Positions 62,925 through 64,000 of a stretch of 64,000 bases of DNA are shown here, one piece after another; position 1 is the first letter of the stretch, and each line of letters begins with the position of its first letter. Both the position numbers and the translations under genes were made by a program. This DNA comes from Macrostomum lignano. Taxonomy: Eukaryota. The DNA lies in the NCBI GenBank assembly GCA_002269645.1, contig NIVC01003110.1:1-64000 (forward strand). The letters are read 5' to 3'. A model generated the notes under the pieces. It had not been told where the DNA came from. It did no database searches and worked only from the letters and a program-made list of their open reading frames with translations.

Positions 62925-64000
62925 CTATCCCATCAGGGAAAGTAGCATATCTTCCGCATTGTGCACATCGCCGGCCGGACGCTGACTTGTGGGCCCAACC
63001 TCTGCGAAGACAGTTCTGGCCAGGTCAAAGATCGCGCTAGCGGGGGCATTGTCCGAGTCAGCGGCGACTTCTTCCGCCTCACTCGTCGGTCCGATTATGC
63101 GCACAATCGTACCCACGTCTTCGTGTCTGCCTGTCCCCCGTTTAGCCGAGCTGCCTGGCCCTGATTGGGCAGAGCCGCCTCGCCGTGGCTTGGCAGTCTT
63201 TGTACCAGGCCGACCGTTTAGTGTGTCACGGGTGCGCTTTGGCATCCCCAGTCTTTCCCGTGCAGTTTCACCGCAGCGCGTAAACGCGCGCTGCAGCTCT
63301 GCAGAAGTGTACTGCACGGAAGCATTGGCAAGCCACTGCTTGGCGGCGGCCAGCTTTCCGGGATTTGCCGGCACTGAGATGTAGCCGCAAGCCTTGCGAC
63401 CTGACAGGCTACTGTTCGCCAGCTCGGTGTCAGTAAAAAATGGCCCTGAAAAGGGCCCTGATCGTCGCCAGTCGGGCCGATCGGCGCGCTAAAAGAAGCT
63501 CAGTCTCGTCGCGCTCATCGAGATCGAGGCCTTCTATTATCGCCTTTTGCAGGTCGGCTAGACGGCTGTCCAGTTCGGATCGGAGCTGCACCGACGTTTT
63601 TAGATACGGTTGCTTGTCGGACAGTGACACTGTGCCACCTGACAGCAGACTAGCCGACGATGGACCCGCCTTGTTACAGGTGAGCAGTAACTGGCGAGTC
63701 TGGGACGCCGACAGCTCGCAATTAGCATCAAAGGCGCCACCTCCGGGGTCCGCCAGCGCGTCATCGCCAGCGTCAGAAGCCGTGCTGTCCGACTCCACTG
63801 GACCTGGCTGGCAGCCAGAAGCTGGGATCGCTGCTGCGTCTGCAGAGTGTGGCACCATGCACTGTGAGGCCCGAACGATTAGCGCGTTAGCAGTCTTTAC
63901 ATTCCGTTCCAGGTTGGTGAACTTCGAACGTTCCTGATCCAATTGTCGCAAGAGCTTTGCTTCCATCTTCTGTGCCACGACTGCCTTCTGCTGCAGAACT
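62925..64000 (-). CDS. BEN-domain protein, open to the window edge, with one +1 frameshift in the A6 run at 63435-63440
   Basis: Removing one base joins ORFs 63430-63978 and 62925-63374 into TIRALFRAIFTDTELANSSLSGRKACGYISVPANPGKLAAAKQWL...AELQRAFTRCGETARER, a BEN-like pattern. A coiled-coil-like segment lies upstream. Confidence 0.7.

Overview
This is eukaryotic (metazoan) genomic DNA, with GC-rich exons, GT-AG introns and AT-rich introns filled with tandem repeats. The style resembles the flatworm Macrostomum lignano, but that is an inference and was not verified. Genes reconstructed by hand: a 3xLOTUS + Tudor TDRD5/Tejas-like gene with three 1-nt frameshifts, an intact 7-exon MCM2 (949 aa), a secreted FAMeT-like domain protein, a cluster of three paralogous small secreted proteins that I cannot assign to a family, NAA50, INTS2 (3' end unresolved), and a BEN-domain ORF beside a transposon-like terminus at the right edge. 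Mobile DNA includes a decayed RTE-clade LINE, a LOA/I-group LINE with RNase H, tRNA-derived SINEs and several MITEs. There are also about 25 tandem arrays, most with unrelated units and most inside introns. Best leads: (1) the RNase H LINE has about 4.5 kb of its 5' part inverted inside an 11-bp target-site duplication (TSD), which is the geometry of twin priming; (2) sharply bounded kb-scale blocks are almost free of CpG, and one of them was later split by that CpG-rich LINE; (3) the unassigned secreted family, in which two copies have a first coding exon that is only ATG. There is no CRISPR array, rRNA or convincing functional tRNA. Coordinates and counts were read by eye, and repeat edges are approximate.
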